A DNA stretch of 64,000 nt. Origin: Chrysomallon squamiferum (Eukaryota; Animalia; Mollusca). Position numbers and translations under genes: made by a program. Location of the stretch: NCBI GenBank assembly GCA_012295275.1, contig CM022670.1, positions 29,822,001-29,886,000 of the forward strand. Direction: 5' to 3'. The notes beneath the pieces are model-generated. The model searched no databases. It saw nothing but the letters and a program-made list of their open reading frames with translations, and was not told where the DNA came from. The number at the start of each line of letters is the position of its first letter. The first letter of the stretch is position 1. Positions 42,623 to 57,363 of the stretch are shown here, piece by piece.

Positions 42623-44038
42623 AAAATGAAGAAGAAATGTTTGCCCAACTAATAAAATGTTTTAAATCATTTATTCTGAATGTATTGGAATGACTCATCA
42701 TTCGATTTGTTTCAAAAGAGAATGCAAATACGTTGTAAAATCAGGAAGTTAAATTTATTAATTACTTAATGTTAAATATATGTTATGTAGAAGGCCACCA
42801 CTAACAAGAGAGTATTGTCTTGAAATGTGAAGTAGAAAAATGTTTGGAAGATATAATACTGTATGAAGTAAAGAAATAAATATTAACATATTCCAATCAT
42901 ATGCTTTGAAAACAGTATCTAGCAGTAACAGTAGTAATATGTATTGCAAAGATCATATAAAACTGTCCAAACAGTTTGATAAATATAGAATTTTATAGTA
43001 ACATATTCCTGTTTAATATCTACTCTTACCTCGAACAGTAGGCTGCAGCTAGAAATTTCAAATAAATAGCTCACATAGATCAAATCATATATACCAAATG
43101 TCCTTTCATTCAGTTAAAGTTTTTATAAGAACTTCTGAAAACACCAGTGCTGTTCCTATGATTTTTAATTCCAAAAATGTTTTTAAAGAATATAAAAAAT
43201 TAAAAAGAATAAAAGAAAATTGTATTGTATTTCTTACAGTGGTAACAACAGCTTAAAAGGAAAACATTACAAATTTGCAAACAGTTATTTTTATTGCACA
43301 TATTTGTCACTATTACATTACTTTTCACATAATTTTGTTAATACAGACTAGCTCCATACATAAAAGACTGAAAATTAAATGAATTCATTTTGATTATAAT
43401 GACACTATAAAACAAATCACAGCTTACAGGCATATTGTAAGTTGTGTACATTAATAATAATAATAATGATAATAATAATAAAATATATTAATATAATAAA
43501 ACAATAACACATTTAATTTTTTTGGTAAAAATTGTTTAAATTCCAAACTATAATGGTGGTTTTTTGTATGAATTCAAAGTTATGCTTTATTTAAATACAG
43601 TTTTGGAAATTTACAGTTAGATAAATATACATTCAAAACAGGATTTCTAATTTTTTACAGTAAAGGATTGCTCATGTTATATTTATCAAATCAATAAAAG
43701 TATGTGAGTGTTTATGTATATCTTTTTAGAAATGTGATTTTACTATTTTAGATCAGTGAGAAATAACTAATTAACTAACTAACTAAATATATAAATAAAA
43801 AAGATAAAAATCAGAAGAAATAGTTATATTTTAATGAAAGAATATTACTAAAAGAAAAATTCTGGAACATAATTTGCACTGTAGTCACCTTTAACCAACA
43901 ACATATTCACAACTAATCTGCAGATTCAAATATCATTGCAAACTAAATGCATTCAGGACTGTGTATTATGTCTATACTGTTGTGTTTGTGATAAAGTAAA
44001 AGCCGTTTATGAAAAATATTACACACAGTGTTTTTAAA

Positions 44039-47000
44039 TCACAAATCTACAGGTGGGACAGTTAACAAGCCAGTAGGACGAAGTACATCGATTCCTTTGT
44101 GTAAAACACAAACTCGAGGGTGACCCATTCGAATCAGCTGATTGGCAAACTGAAATAAATAATGGGTAGAAAAAAAAAAAAAAATTAATAAAATTAAAAA
44201 AAAAAAAATTATAATGTTTTCTCAAAATTGAGTATATAAATATATTTACAAAAGAAATGTACAGAATGAAGTGAGGAAAATGCAATCTGGAACTCTTAAA
44301 AAAATACACAAAACCCAGAATTATATTGACAAGAAATTTTGTAATTATACAGATAAAAAAAACATGAACTCATTAAAATCAGTTTCTCATGGTCTATAGA
44401 TGAAATCTCATAAAGCCATATTCTTTTCAAAAACTGTTCTGACAAAGAAACTTACAAAACATTCCTACTGTATCAATTTCGGCAATTTACTACTTAAAAA
44501 AAATGTTTAATTTAAAAAAACAAAAATAAACTCTTACATTGGCTGCGTTTCTTCCTCTGTTTCCAATAACTACTTTCACTTGACCTTTTCTCTGGTTGAG
44601 TAGCTGGACAGCTGGACACTGGACAAGCTCTCCTTCAGGTGAGAAAGCTGTTTGGAATGGGATATTAATACTATCAGGTATTGTTCCTCTTTGATATCTG
44701 TGGATGTCAAGGAGTTGTGCTAATTATTTTGACTTCCCTATCTTTCTTATCCAAGAAATTTGACCCAAAGTACCATTTTTATACCTGCTATACAATTAAA
44801 ATGCATTGAATAAAAAAATTAAAATCAAGAAACTGTAATTTATGCTATTAATACAAAATTTTGTTTACAGAATGATCTGGAGTTTATAGAATAAGAAAGG
44901 AAAATATTGTTTTTGTAAGCTGTAACAAAGCAATATTGGATTAAAATACTTCCTTCTTTCATTTTATCACGTATAGAAAATCCTACAGCATTAAAATATC
45001 TTTGTAAAAGTTATGGTCATACATATATACATATGTATGTACATACATACATGCATACATACGTACAATTGAAATTAAATGAGTTTGTGGCACTTTATTT
45101 TTTATTTTTTTAATGACTAAGGATACTCATCTTCACTGCGAACATCAATGACAAGAATCATTGGTTTGCTGTTCTGTTTTTTCTTGGTTGGGCTGCGAGA
45201 GAGTGCTGTCCCCTGAAGCTCTCCTAGCTCTATGAGATCCTCAGCTGAAATCCTCGGACATTTTTCCATTTTCAGTTCTTCCACTGGAATGGCTTCCATA
45301 GACTGAAACATTAGATGAGAATTTATTTTCAAGAAGAAGAGATTATGCTTTCATGTTTGAAGTTTCAAAAATACAGAAATGGTTATTATTAATAAGTTAA
45401 GAGTAACAAAAAAATAATATGTAAAAAAACTAATAAAGAAATAAATTATTGAAAATATGTAAAAGTAAATATTAATAACAAATAACAAAAAAATAAATAA
45501 ATAAACAAACAGAGTAAAAATAAAAAAAATAAAACTTAAGTGAATGAATAAATAAATAAAAGTGTAAGTGCAATACAATAAATAAATAAAAGTAGGTACC
45601 AGTTCATTTTGTGGTTGTTCATGATAGTCACGACTATAATAAGACAAATTTGGTCTCATCTCAGACTTTGGTTTTCTTGGAGGTCTTGCATGTTGTCTAA
45701 ATGTTGCACTCTTTGGAGTTCCACAGAATATTTTAATGGAATCTTGAACACATCTGCCAATATCTATTTCTAAGAAAATATAATTAATAATACAATTACT
45801 CAAAAAATTAATAATGATAAAAAACAAATGAATGAATAACTAAATAAGGTTTAAGGTAATGAAGAAAAAAGGAGAAGTTAATATGAATTTAAGTTTTCGT
45901 TAAATATTTTCTAATAAAAACTTAAGACTTCAGTGACAATGATAATGACAAAGATAATAAATAAATAAACAGAACAAAAGCAAACAATAAAGAAATAATA
46001 AAAATAAAAAGATTCTCTACCTTAAGTGAAATATTAACAAACAAAAGGATTTCTGTTTTAGTGGTAAACATTTTTTTAATGCAAACCTGGCATGTCAGAA
46101 AAAAGTAAAATGCACTCATTGAAGCCAAATGACAGAAGGCGATCCCGAAGTTGTTGTAAAATTGCTACTCCAATACACAGTGGAAAAGATGAGTTGCCTA
46201 GCAATAGTGTATCCCACAAGTGAACTATCTTGTGTAGTGGAAATACATCTGAAGTAATAAAAAAAACAATGACAACAAAACATTTATTAAACTGATTTGA
46301 AAACATGTTTAAAATGTAAAACTGTAATCCAGAAAATATAACTGAAACACAAGTACTACAAATAAAAATGTTATGTATTGTATTTATTTATTTTTTTATC
46401 TATAGGAGAAATAAAGATCAATGTTATCTTTGTGCCAGATGAAGAACACATGTAAACATAATTACAAAATCAAGTGTATGAATAAATTAAAATGAAGTAA
46501 ATAAAATATTGAAATGTCATTACATTTAATTTTAAAATACACATTTGACATATTAAATTTGAATAAATGAAACAGATTTGATGATGATGATATTAATAAT
46601 AATAATAATAATAACAAAATACTTACGAGCATACATTGTTAGAAACCATGGAATAGCATACAACTAAAATTAAAAAGATGAAATATAATTTCATTAATTT
46701 CTATTTTGAGAAATCTGTATCAGCTACATTGTTGTAAAGTAATAATCTATTACAAAGTGTATCAACATATCCACATGAAAGTATATACACACACAGACAC
46801 TATATGGGACACTTTTTTTATAACATGCTATATAGTAAATGATATTCACTCATGAACCAAAACTAGTCCTCTCAAAGTAAAATTTAGAAAACCTTACATC
46901 AGGAATGAAGCCAATGCCATCAAGATGGTTGCTGAGTTCTGGATCGTGGAATGTGATAAGGTGAGCAAATACAGCCAGGTATTCTTTATCCCAAAGAAAT

Positions 47001-50000
47001 CAAAATATATTCTTTATGATAATCATTGTAAATTTCTACATTATTAAATGAATGAAAAAAAAAAGTAATATCTCTTTGTTAAATGTAATCCATTTTAAAT
47101 GAAACTAAAGATAAAATTTGGTAGAAAAGAAATTCATACTGTAATGAAAAAATAACTAGAAATGAAATGACATCCACAGATATACTGTGAAAAACAAGCA
47201 TTTCATGTTAAAAAGCAAAAATTAAATATGGAATGAGGAATATAAATGCAAAGGATACAAAAATAAATCAACAAACATAAAAGTAGAAATCATAAATTTT
47301 ACAATGAATAATACAATGAATTATGGAATCTAAATTATTTTCATGAAGTTAATTTGTAGTATTTGAAGTATGTTTTATCATATATTTGATATTTCAATTG
47401 TTGTCTTTACAGGTCTTTAAAAATGTTTACCTTGAATTACTGCAGAGTTGTCTTTCAGGAAAAACTTGTGAAGATATTTTGGTATGAATGATGACAAACA
47501 TGCAAATGCTAATGCTGAAATTAAAAGGAACAATGAACATCATACATTTTGTAAAAATTTCATCACTTTATAAACATTCAAAACAATAATTAACAAAGAA
47601 AAACCAACAACAACAATAATATATAGTTATATATATCTGGTGTGTGAAACAAAAAATACACTTAATTTTAACACATAGATACAGTCCATTATGTGCCAAA
47701 ATTTCAAGTACACTATCTCTGGTAGTTTTACATAATGCCAAATAAAATTTTGATATAAACAAGAGCATTCATTTTAATAAAGAATATTATAATTAATATT
47801 TGTTGAATACAATTTTGAAATGTTTTCAATAATAATGATTATTGGATCTCAAAAGTTATTTTGATTTTTCTATAATGATGGTAAAATAGGAAAGTATTTT
47901 ATAATATAACAATACTATACTTTTATTAATGTAGATGCCATTCCTAGATTGGGAAATGATGTAACAGGAGTCATAAGATCAATTCTTCTGGTGCATATGT
48001 AAAAGAACTGATCTTGTGACTCCTCAGATTTCAGGTCTTCAAGACAAGATAAACAAATAAACAAATAAACTTAAACAGAAATTAAATTATTTAAAAATTG
48101 CATATTTTGCCTTCCTCTATGTAGGGGAAAAAGCTTCAGAGAAAATATAAGAAAGTAATTAGATATTAAAGTGCATTTACCTTCATTATTAAAATTCAGT
48201 GCTAGAAAAGGTGCACACAGTGAGTCCAGACCCTGCCAGTAAACATATTCTGGGTGACTGACAACCCAGGCTTTGAGAATACGACGAAACTTTGCATGTG
48301 CTGCAGGAGATGAGAGAAGTTCATGGTACTGATGACATCTTGGAATATCAACTTCAATCTGAAAAACAAAACCATCTTTTACAATATTCATATATGTGTG
48401 TCATATATGTATGATAAAACACATTACACATTTCTGTGTGGCCTTTAAAGGTTTCAAAACTATAAACATTTAAATAATGATTTATCATTTTGATTTAAAT
48501 TTAACACACATTCTTATATAGATAGATAGATAGATAGATAGACAGACAGATAGATAGATAGATAGATAGACAGACAGATAGACAGACAAACACATAGTTA
48601 TTCAATATTTATAAAAGGTGATTGATCCAATATATTAAAAGTTTTCCATAAAAAAAAAAATATAGGTTTTAGTATTTCTTTTGAAAACTGCCTCTAGAGT
48701 AATATTTAGTAAAACAGCAAAATAGTGTATATTCATTATCTATGATCAATACAATTTAAAATTGTAATACAAGGACTGAACTAAACATTATAACTGTTTA
48801 GCTTTATAACTAGTAATACATATATTATCAGTCTGACTACCTGTCTGTCTGTTGGTGTGGGTGTCTCTTTGTCAATGGAATCATATTTGCCTTCAATATC
48901 TCCCTAGAAGCAAGCAAAATAAAAATATTTCAATTCAAGTTTTGTGATCTATTTTAAGCAAATGATAGTAACAATAGATGAAAGCAAATATCATCCACTC
49001 CAATTTTAATTATTCTTCAAATAAAATTGCTGTATTAGTTGTTGAAACAGTTGTCAATTAAATCAGGAATTTAAAAAAGATATAAGTATAAAGAGATATA
49101 TAAAAGAGCAAGTAATATTAAATTCAACAGGAAGAATTTAACCTGGCTGCTACAGAACTCTTTTTTATGACTGAAAATCTATTATATTTTATTATAATTA
49201 TGAAATATGCTTTAACTTTATCTATAATTCTACATTTATTAGATAACACTACTTATTTTCTGAAAAACCAAATATTTTAAACACACTACGCATCAAATAT
49301 CAAAACACAGCAAGTCATATGTTTAAGATAAAGAGGTCTATATTTGTACACACCTCAATCTCTAGCAGTGCTGCCCATACATGTGATCTGACCAGTGGGG
49401 GGACATCCACTCGAGCCTCTTTCCAAATGTAAGCACATTTATTGGGATAAGCTTTTAGAAGTCTTTCATACAGGATAATACGATGGAACTGAAACAGTGA
49501 ATGTGTGTAAGACTTTTAATATTTACTTTTAAGATCAACTTTTCAAAACTTTTTATTTGTTTTTTTCTTAAATGATTACTTTTCCTTTGCTTTAAACTGG
49601 TGATGCTGTAACATTTAATTTATAAAAGATAATCTGAAAAAGAGTGAGACTTCTCTATGTACTTGGTACTCTATATCATTTTCCTTTATGACAAGAGGAA
49701 GGGTGGCTGTCTCAGTGAGGTCACCGCTACTGGGTGATGTAGGAAGGTTGGCACCAAACTTCGCATTGGATCTGTAATCATATAGTAAAATAACTTATGA
49801 CATTTAAAAATTTTTTAATGTAAAGGTTATAAAATGTTAATAGAACTGAAAAATTGGGTTTTTTCTGTAAATTAGTATTATTATTTCCCAAATTCACAGC
49901 AGTTAACATGACAAATTATACAAATGTGTGAACCAAATATGTACTATTTCTTCCATTAGAGACACAAATTACATTAACCAGCTAATAAAGTAATCTCTGC

Positions 50001-53000
50001 AATCAAGTTTGTTATCAGCAATTCATATTTTTATCTAGTAGAACATATTTACATTTAACTAGAGTCCTCCAGGGAAGACAAGAGGCCTATTTCTTCAAAA
50101 TTTAAAAGAGAAAAATATGAGATATCTCTTTATCACTACTTACTCATCTTCTAGCAGTGGGTAGTAAGCAGTGTCTTCAATACTTTTTAGTCTCTGAAAA
50201 AAAGAAGAAAATATTTGAATTAATTTGCATTATGAAAAATGTGAAATTTGTTATTCTTAATAATTTACGAAGCTGTGAGTCAAGGATTTCTGAAGAGAAA
50301 TGTAGTTGTAATTAAATAATTCATAAAACCAAATAGCTTGAATAATCTTTTGCTAATAAAACAGTAAAACATATTAATATGTATATTTTTAGATTATTTT
50401 AAAAATATAAAAATATATTTAAAAAAAGAATTCTCTTACAAACTGAATAAGTAAATAAATATGGAAACCAAGAAAGAAAAGAAAAGAAAGAAAATAAAAA
50501 TAAAATAATAAATAAATAATAATAAATATAAATAAATAAATAAATAAGCAAGCAAGCAAGTAAATACTAAATATTAACCTCTCTGAGCTGTTCTTGAGAT
50601 AAGACAACACAGGTGGTATCCATCAACTCTGCAGTGTCTCGTACTTGACCAAAAACATCACCTTCAGGAATAGCTAAACTGTCATCAAAACAATAAAATC
50701 AATTAATAACAGCAACAGATATAATGATGATGACAATAATAAGAAACTGACTGAAGTTAATAATTATAAAAAAGATCTCTTAAACACATAAAGCTTCTTA
50801 AAAATAATAGGATTTAATTTATACTTAAATGTAATAATACAATATTTTTTGTGACGCAGGCTTAGAACTGAAAATGTAATAGAAATATTTATTAGTTATG
50901 ATTTGTCTGAGATATCAACATATTTAACTCTTTTCTTAATTCAAAAACTAATCTGCTTGTTACAACTGAAAAAGGAATAAAGTACATATAGGTATTAATA
51001 GTACCAAAAAAAGGTTTCATATGTTGCAATTATTAAGTTCCTGAAGAAATCAGAACTCAATTTAAATTCAAACATACTTAAATGATTTATCAGCTTGTTT
51101 ATATTATATGGCAGCATTTTAATGTTTTTATAAATTTTGGAAATAATCAAGTAAATTACTTCATGAGAAAAAGGATTTTGGCAATTTTGTACATAAAAAA
51201 ATACTTTACAACTAGTATAAATAAAACTATACCTACCATGGTAAAAGATTGATAGGAGGTTGTGTTTTTATCAATCCTGCCTTCTTCAAGTATGTTTCAA
51301 GATGGCCACCGGCAAGATGCCATAAATGATAAACTTCATCCATTGATCTCTGCGATAGGTGATCATCATCCCAGTCTAAAACAGAAATAAAAAGAACCCC
51401 AGTGCAAATAAACTAAATAAAAAACAAAAAACACCAAACAAATTAATAAATAAATAAAACAAAGAACAAACAAACAAACAAATAAATGATACACTTTAAT
51501 TTACTTCAGTTGTATGGCATCAGATATAAGTTACAGACCACTTAGATATCGGAAAGGGAAACAAAGGATCTTTTATACTTAGCATCCCACAGACAGGAGA
51601 GAAAATACTGCAGCCTTTATAAAACCAGTTGTGGAAATAGTTCAATAAATAAACAAACATTACAATCATTATTACTATATTCACTTTTTTAAAACTTTTA
51701 TACAAATTACTGAAAAGAAAATTTAAATTCATTGATTATTTATAAATGGTGAAATGTTTATAACATTTATACTAATATTTTAATAATATACTATTTTTAA
51801 CTAGGGTTTTGTGGTTGTTTTTTTGTGTTTTTTTTGTTTCTTTATTATCATTATTAATCATAAATTTTAAAACATTTTCATTTATTTTCATTTACTTGAA
51901 GATTTATTTACTTAATTTTAATTAAGATAATTCAAATTACCTCTGGCCATGGCTTCTTCATCATAAACAGGCAACTCCAAATCCAAACATCTCAGATGAG
52001 AAGAAAACAGAGTGTAACCATTTTTGTAAGGTATCTAAAAATAACAAGCCATTCAATTATTATATTAGGTATTTCTTACTGTGTAAGCATATACTGCTGT
52101 AATGAAAAATAAATATTTTTTTTTTGACATATATTTTATACAATACTTTACAGGCAAAAAAGTATTAAAGGTTTTGAGAAATTTAGACATCTAGCCATAT
52201 TAAAAAAATAGTAAAGAAAAGGAAAAGAAGAAAAATACAATGATCCTTCAAAATTCCTATACTCAAAAATATTAATATTTTATCTTACTGAATTATGTAC
52301 ATATCTACATAGTACAAGAGTTAAAACTTTAGTTTTCAGAGTGATCACATCTCTGCATACCTCCTGTATACTGAGGAAGATACAAGATCCGTACAGGCTT
52401 TTTCTTTTTCACTAATAATTTTTCACTAACAGAAACACTATGTTAACCAGGCAATAGAGGTGTATCGAAATCTGTTATATGCATAAAAGATATTTCACTG
52501 AACTGTTAGCTTCAAACATTTCATTAGCTGAATTATTAATTCAACAAAATCGTAAATTGTTCCAGGATTATGGATGAAGCAAAAACCAGTTGATCAGAAA
52601 GAAAACACCAAATTATAACTAACCTTAGCTGAACGATGCAGTTTAAATACTGGATGGTTCTTGATCTCCACAGCACTCAGTCTTTGAGAAAAAAACAACA
52701 AAAACAAAAAACATCTTTTAGTAATTTAGTGATTAGCACTGCAATAAATTAACAACATATATTATCATAATAACCAAAAATCAGCATGAGTAATTCACAT
52801 TTATATCTAAACAAATACTACAAACAATTACAAGAGAATTACCAGATACATCACAACAAATCTGAACTACACTAGGTTGCAGTTTAATACTGATGCAATA
52901 AGCTAAAGGTTTCGTTTACATATCTAGTCAGTATCTCCATTAATGTATGTATGTAAACATGTTAGAATGCTTGTCTAGGTATTTTTACATTTAGTCACTT

Positions 53001-56000
53001 TATCTGTGTGTCCCATCCACATACATGTCTATATATATTAGTGTTTACCTTCTTGAGGGTGAGACAAACAGACACATCCTCAGGAAGTCGAGTGCATCTT
53101 TTGACAGCTCCTGAAAAAAAACAAAAAATCAAGATAGGAAGAAAAAGCTCAGTTTTATTTTTTCTTTGAACCCAATCAAAAATAAAAACAGGCATTTTTA
53201 TTGAAACATTTTTTTCCCATTTATTGTTAAAGGTTTTTTTTTTTTAATTTCCAGATTTATATCTTATAATATGCACACACACATTTATCCAGATGTTAGA
53301 ATAAACAGTTTATAACAGTTTAAAAAGATATTTTAAAAGTAACAAAAATAAACTTACGTGAATTTGTGGTTCAATACCTTGGTCTTTAGCAATGTAATCT
53401 AATGCATGCAAATCTAAAAAATAAAATAAAAATAAAATATAAAATATTATAATATTATAATAAAAATGTATAAAAACAATTAACATATACAGTATCAATA
53501 TATTGTAAATATTGGCTTAATACTGTACAGATTAATATGTCAGTTTCTGATTTGGAAAAGTTTTAGATTACATGAATAATGTATGTCTGTCTCTGTTCAG
53601 TGATTAAAGTATCTTTGCAAATTGGCCAAAACAGAAAAACTATTTATTTTATATACCTTGTGCAAATTGTTATCTTTACCTGAAGTCATCATAGATGTCA
53701 GTTTCTCCAGACATTTATTTACAGATAGATCTGACCAGAACTGCTTTTTCTGAAAATAATATCTTTATGTATATAACAACAACAACAATAATAATAGTAT
53801 TAGTAGTAAAAGTGGTAATAGTTGTTGTAGTAGTATTAGTAGAGTGGTGGTGGTGGTAATAGTAGAACTAATAATAAAATAATACAAACAATAGTAAAAA
53901 AAAGTAAAGAAATTGATAAACATAACCATTGTAACAATAATAAAAATTTGCACATTTTTAAGCAGAAAGTATACAGATTTGTGATTCAGTTTTAGAGAAG
54001 CATAATATAAAATATTTAATACATAACCTGTAACTGTCAATGCTTTTTTTTTTTTTAATATAATGACATAACTTACTGTAAATGCCTGCATTAAAATGAT
54101 TCCCAGCATCCAGCTGTCACCTTTGGGTCCAGAGTTTATCATTAACTCAGGCTGAATATTATCATCTACTTCTGTTGGTCCCTGACAAAATACTTCTGGT
54201 GGCATTAACCTGGGATCTCTGAAATAGTTTTTTTTTTAAATCATTAAAACTTTAATTACTGAAGATTACAATCATCTAGAATTAATCCTGTTGTCTAGAT
54301 TTTGAACTATTTATTTGAGAAATAATTAGGTGTATCCAGCCTGTGTTACAATAGTTAAATTAAAAAATTATTATTAAAAATGCAATATTATTAATTGCAT
54401 TTTTAATAATAATTAAATTGTAGATTGTCACACTATACTACTTATACACACATACACATATATTCACAAACATAAACATATGCATATACATACACATACA
54501 TACACACACAAATTAACATTCATCATTTGTAAATATTGTAATGTCTATTAAAAGTTTAAAATGTCAAATTTGATTATAAACTTCAGGAACAAGACAAACA
54601 TGTACACTAATATGTACTCAAACATTACCAGTGTGTGTATTTATTTGATGTGATGTAACATACCCAATAGGAAACGAAACAGAAGCCCCACCATTGGTCA
54701 TGTAATACAAGCCATACTCAGACAACTTCACTCCTCCCTACAAAAAATACAAATCAAAACACTACATTACAAAATAATTTAATTAATAAATTTTATCATG
54801 AAGTTTAATATAAAATTTATATATATATATAAGAAAATAAAACATTTTCAGATAATATTTTTTTGTTAATTTCCCTATAAAATTAGAACAGTCAATTACT
54901 ACATATTTAAATTTAACAAAATTAATCTACCTCTGAATCAAATAGGATATTTCTTGGTGAAAGATTTCTGTGTGTGAGACCTTTCTTGTGAATATATTCC
55001 AAACCCTGAATGATCTGGAATGCCAAATCAAGCAAAGAAGATTCACTAAAACAAAAAAGAAATTAACTATGGTTTTATATATATTTGGCTTTTTAAAATA
55101 AATTTAAAAATAAAGAAATTAATTCTGGTAATTTATTAAAATGCATATGTCATTATTAATTACAAAAAAATAAAAAAAGCAAAAAGAAATTAATAAAATG
55201 TAGATGTGGCATCTCATTACAAATTAAAACAACAAAGAAATTAGTTTTTGATTTCTGTACAAATTAAAATTAGTTTTATGTTGTTTATACTAATTAAATT
55301 CCACAATAAAATCAAGACAACTTCAGCCAATGTTTTAGATAAAACACAAGTTTATATACATAGAATCAAGAACTGATTTTTGAAAATTAAAAAACAGATT
55401 TCACATTTGAACATAACAGATTTGAAATATCAAAATAAAAAATAATCAAGCAAGAACAATACGAACAACATATATATATATATACACATACATATTTGAC
55501 TGAAGGTTTTTGTTTAGAACATTTTGTTAAAAATAAAAGTTTTAAAACTTACTTAGCAAATTTTCCTTGCTGAAAAACATCACTGAGATTTTTCTGGTAG
55601 TGCTCTGCAACAATTATTAATCTTTCTGGAAAAGTAAAAATATCTGAATTTATAATTTACAGAATTCCTGAACATAAATAATTTTACACTTTGTACAAGC
55701 TGCAAACACAATATAACAATTCACACAGGAGAGAAAGAGAGGGAGAAAAAGAAGCAAGAAATGGAATTAATTATTATAAAAAGAAAATGTCTTCTTGTAT
55801 ATAAACATTTCATGTTCCTTTTATTTTTAAGTAATTAGTAACAATAATCTTTGGAGCTGCAAAAACAGGTTTACAAACTATAAGATATTTCACATAGCTT
55901 AACACTGAGAAAAATATTCATTATGTATTTAAAAAAATCACTCTATCATTAAATAAAGATGTTAAAATGTGTGCATCTATGATAACAATAAATCTGATAC

Positions 56001-56197
56001 TGACCATGTTTCACTTTCACAATATCTAGGTATCTGCAGATGCGAGGGTGTTGAAGTGTTTTCAGAAACTGGAACTGTCCAAGAACTTTGATAGAATTTG
56101 GGGTAAGAGGTAAACCATTGGCACCACACTTATCATTGGGGTGACTTGCTGCAAAAAATGTTGTTACACCAAATTCTGCTTTTCTCAAAACAGACAT
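44039..56197 (-). CDS. TBCK: TBC domain-containing kinase-like protein (pseudokinase-TBC-rhodanese), about 898 aa
   Basis: 25 phase-consistent exons (2697 nt): 56197-56005, 55625-55553, 55045-54931, 54737-54664, 54218-54077, 53749-53680, 53413-53358, 53110-53049, 52681-52624, 52034-51941, 51375-51237, 50678-50579, 50193-50144, 49771-49663, 49488-49354, 48903-48841, 48358-48181, 47514-47431, 46983-46898, 46663-46627, 46248-46087, 45769-45600, 45302-45127, 44697-44538, 44149-44039. Motifs [63 protein letters not shown]. Confidence 0.96.
44698..45126 (-). other. U12-type (minor spliceosome) GT-AG intron in TBCK
   Basis: Donor GTATCCTTAG; CTCCTTGAC branch site directly before ATCCACAG; no long pyrimidine tract. 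Confidence 0.88.
47966..48024. other. 22-bp-stem hairpin in a TBCK intron, pre-miRNA sized
   Basis: AGGAGTCATAAGATCAATTCTT, 15-nt loop, AAGAACTGATCTTGTGACTCCT; 20/22 Watson-Crick pairs plus one G-U. Confidence 0.75.
48519..48588. repeat. (TAGA/CAGA)n microsatellite
   Basis: Direct reading. Confidence 0.95.
51480..51640 (-). repeat. SINE-like interspersed repeat fragment, best preserved copy
   Basis: gtatggcatcagatat..gaccacttagatatcg..aaaggatcttttata..catcccacagacagga..gcctttataaaaccagttgtgga, preceded by an (AAAC)n-like tail. Confidence 0.55.
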
Positions 56198-56262
56198 CTT
56201 TATGTTTTGATGGATGCAGATTTGAGGTTTGCCTTTACAGGATTATGAGCATTCTAAAAATA

Positions 56263-56298
56263 AAATAATAATAATAATAATAATAATAATTATTATTG

Positions 56299-56395
<97 letters not shown>

Positions 56396-56403
56396 TACTA
56401 CTA
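56263..56403. repeat. (AAT)n/(ATT)n microsatellite
   Basis: Direct reading; source of the poly-I and poly-L spurious ORFs. Confidence 0.95.
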
Positions 56404-56879
56404 ACTATTTTTATATTTGGTCATGTTAAAATCAAATATGTAATGGACACAAAAATGATCCTAAGCAAGCACACTGTATATTAAAATTACTGACAATATT
56501 TCTAATTATTCCTCAAACTTATATATAATTTTTTGGTTTAATTATTAAAGGCTTTTTTTCCCCTTTTTTTTAAAATATTTAATAAAAAGTGCCAAATTTA
56601 TATTATTAAGTTCTACATTTAACTGTAATTACTAGACACATAAAAATTATGCATTGTCATTTTTCGTATTGTTTTTAATATTAATAAAAATATACAAATT
56701 TAAAAAGAAAGCTAAATTATTAGTAATTATGTTAGAGTCGTTGCCGGCTTTGTAAAGATGTGCCATATACACCAATTTTGTCACCATTAGTACTGCAGTG
56801 AAAAGAATATAGATTTAAACTATTACTGACATTACTGAAATTTGTATGGCTTATTTAGATCATTTATAATTAATTTCAT

Positions 56880-57050
56880 TCGTACTCTCAGTTAGTCACT
56901 CCCATCACTTCAAAGGAAAGGAGAAATAAAGAATTGTTTCCCCTGTTGCTTATTCTTATATTGTGTAAAATTACAAAAATAGTGAAGAGCGTGACATTCA
57001 GTTGGTGTATCTAATTTGTGTAAATGTTGTTTATTTCCAGGTAGGAATAT
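56880..57050. promoter_or_regulatory. Probable bidirectional TBCK/AIMP1 promoter with non-coding first exons
   Basis: Divergent genes; candidate donors at 56885 (-, GTACGA) and 57041 (+, CAG|GTAGGA); acceptors near 56254 (-) and 59890 (+) precede the ATGs; local CpG. Confidence 0.5.
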
Positions 57051-57363
57051 ATCCGACAGAATTAATTCTTTAATCCGGTTTAAATCAACTGAATAAACTA
57101 GTTTAGACTGATGATATGTGCTGATGCAGTATTTCCGATTTTTCGAGTTATTGATAATACTGGTTCATTATTTCCCATTTTGATTAAATATTTAGCGATT
57201 TACAGTGATTACTCAATTTACTGATTACAATTTCACTTAATAAATAAATAAATAAAACTATTATTTATTATTATTAATAGTCTTTACTTGAGAATTTAAA
57301 CTTGACAATTTCTTCGTTCTTCAGTAAATAATTATTTACTGCTTTTTCTTAATCTGTCAGATA

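Noticed and set aside
54664-55045. TBCK kinase motifs degenerate (HRN, EYG)
   Set aside because: Known pseudokinase feature of TBCK, not novel.
56229-56484. Poly-Ile and poly-Leu ORFs
   Set aside because: Translations of an (AAT/ATT)n microsatellite.
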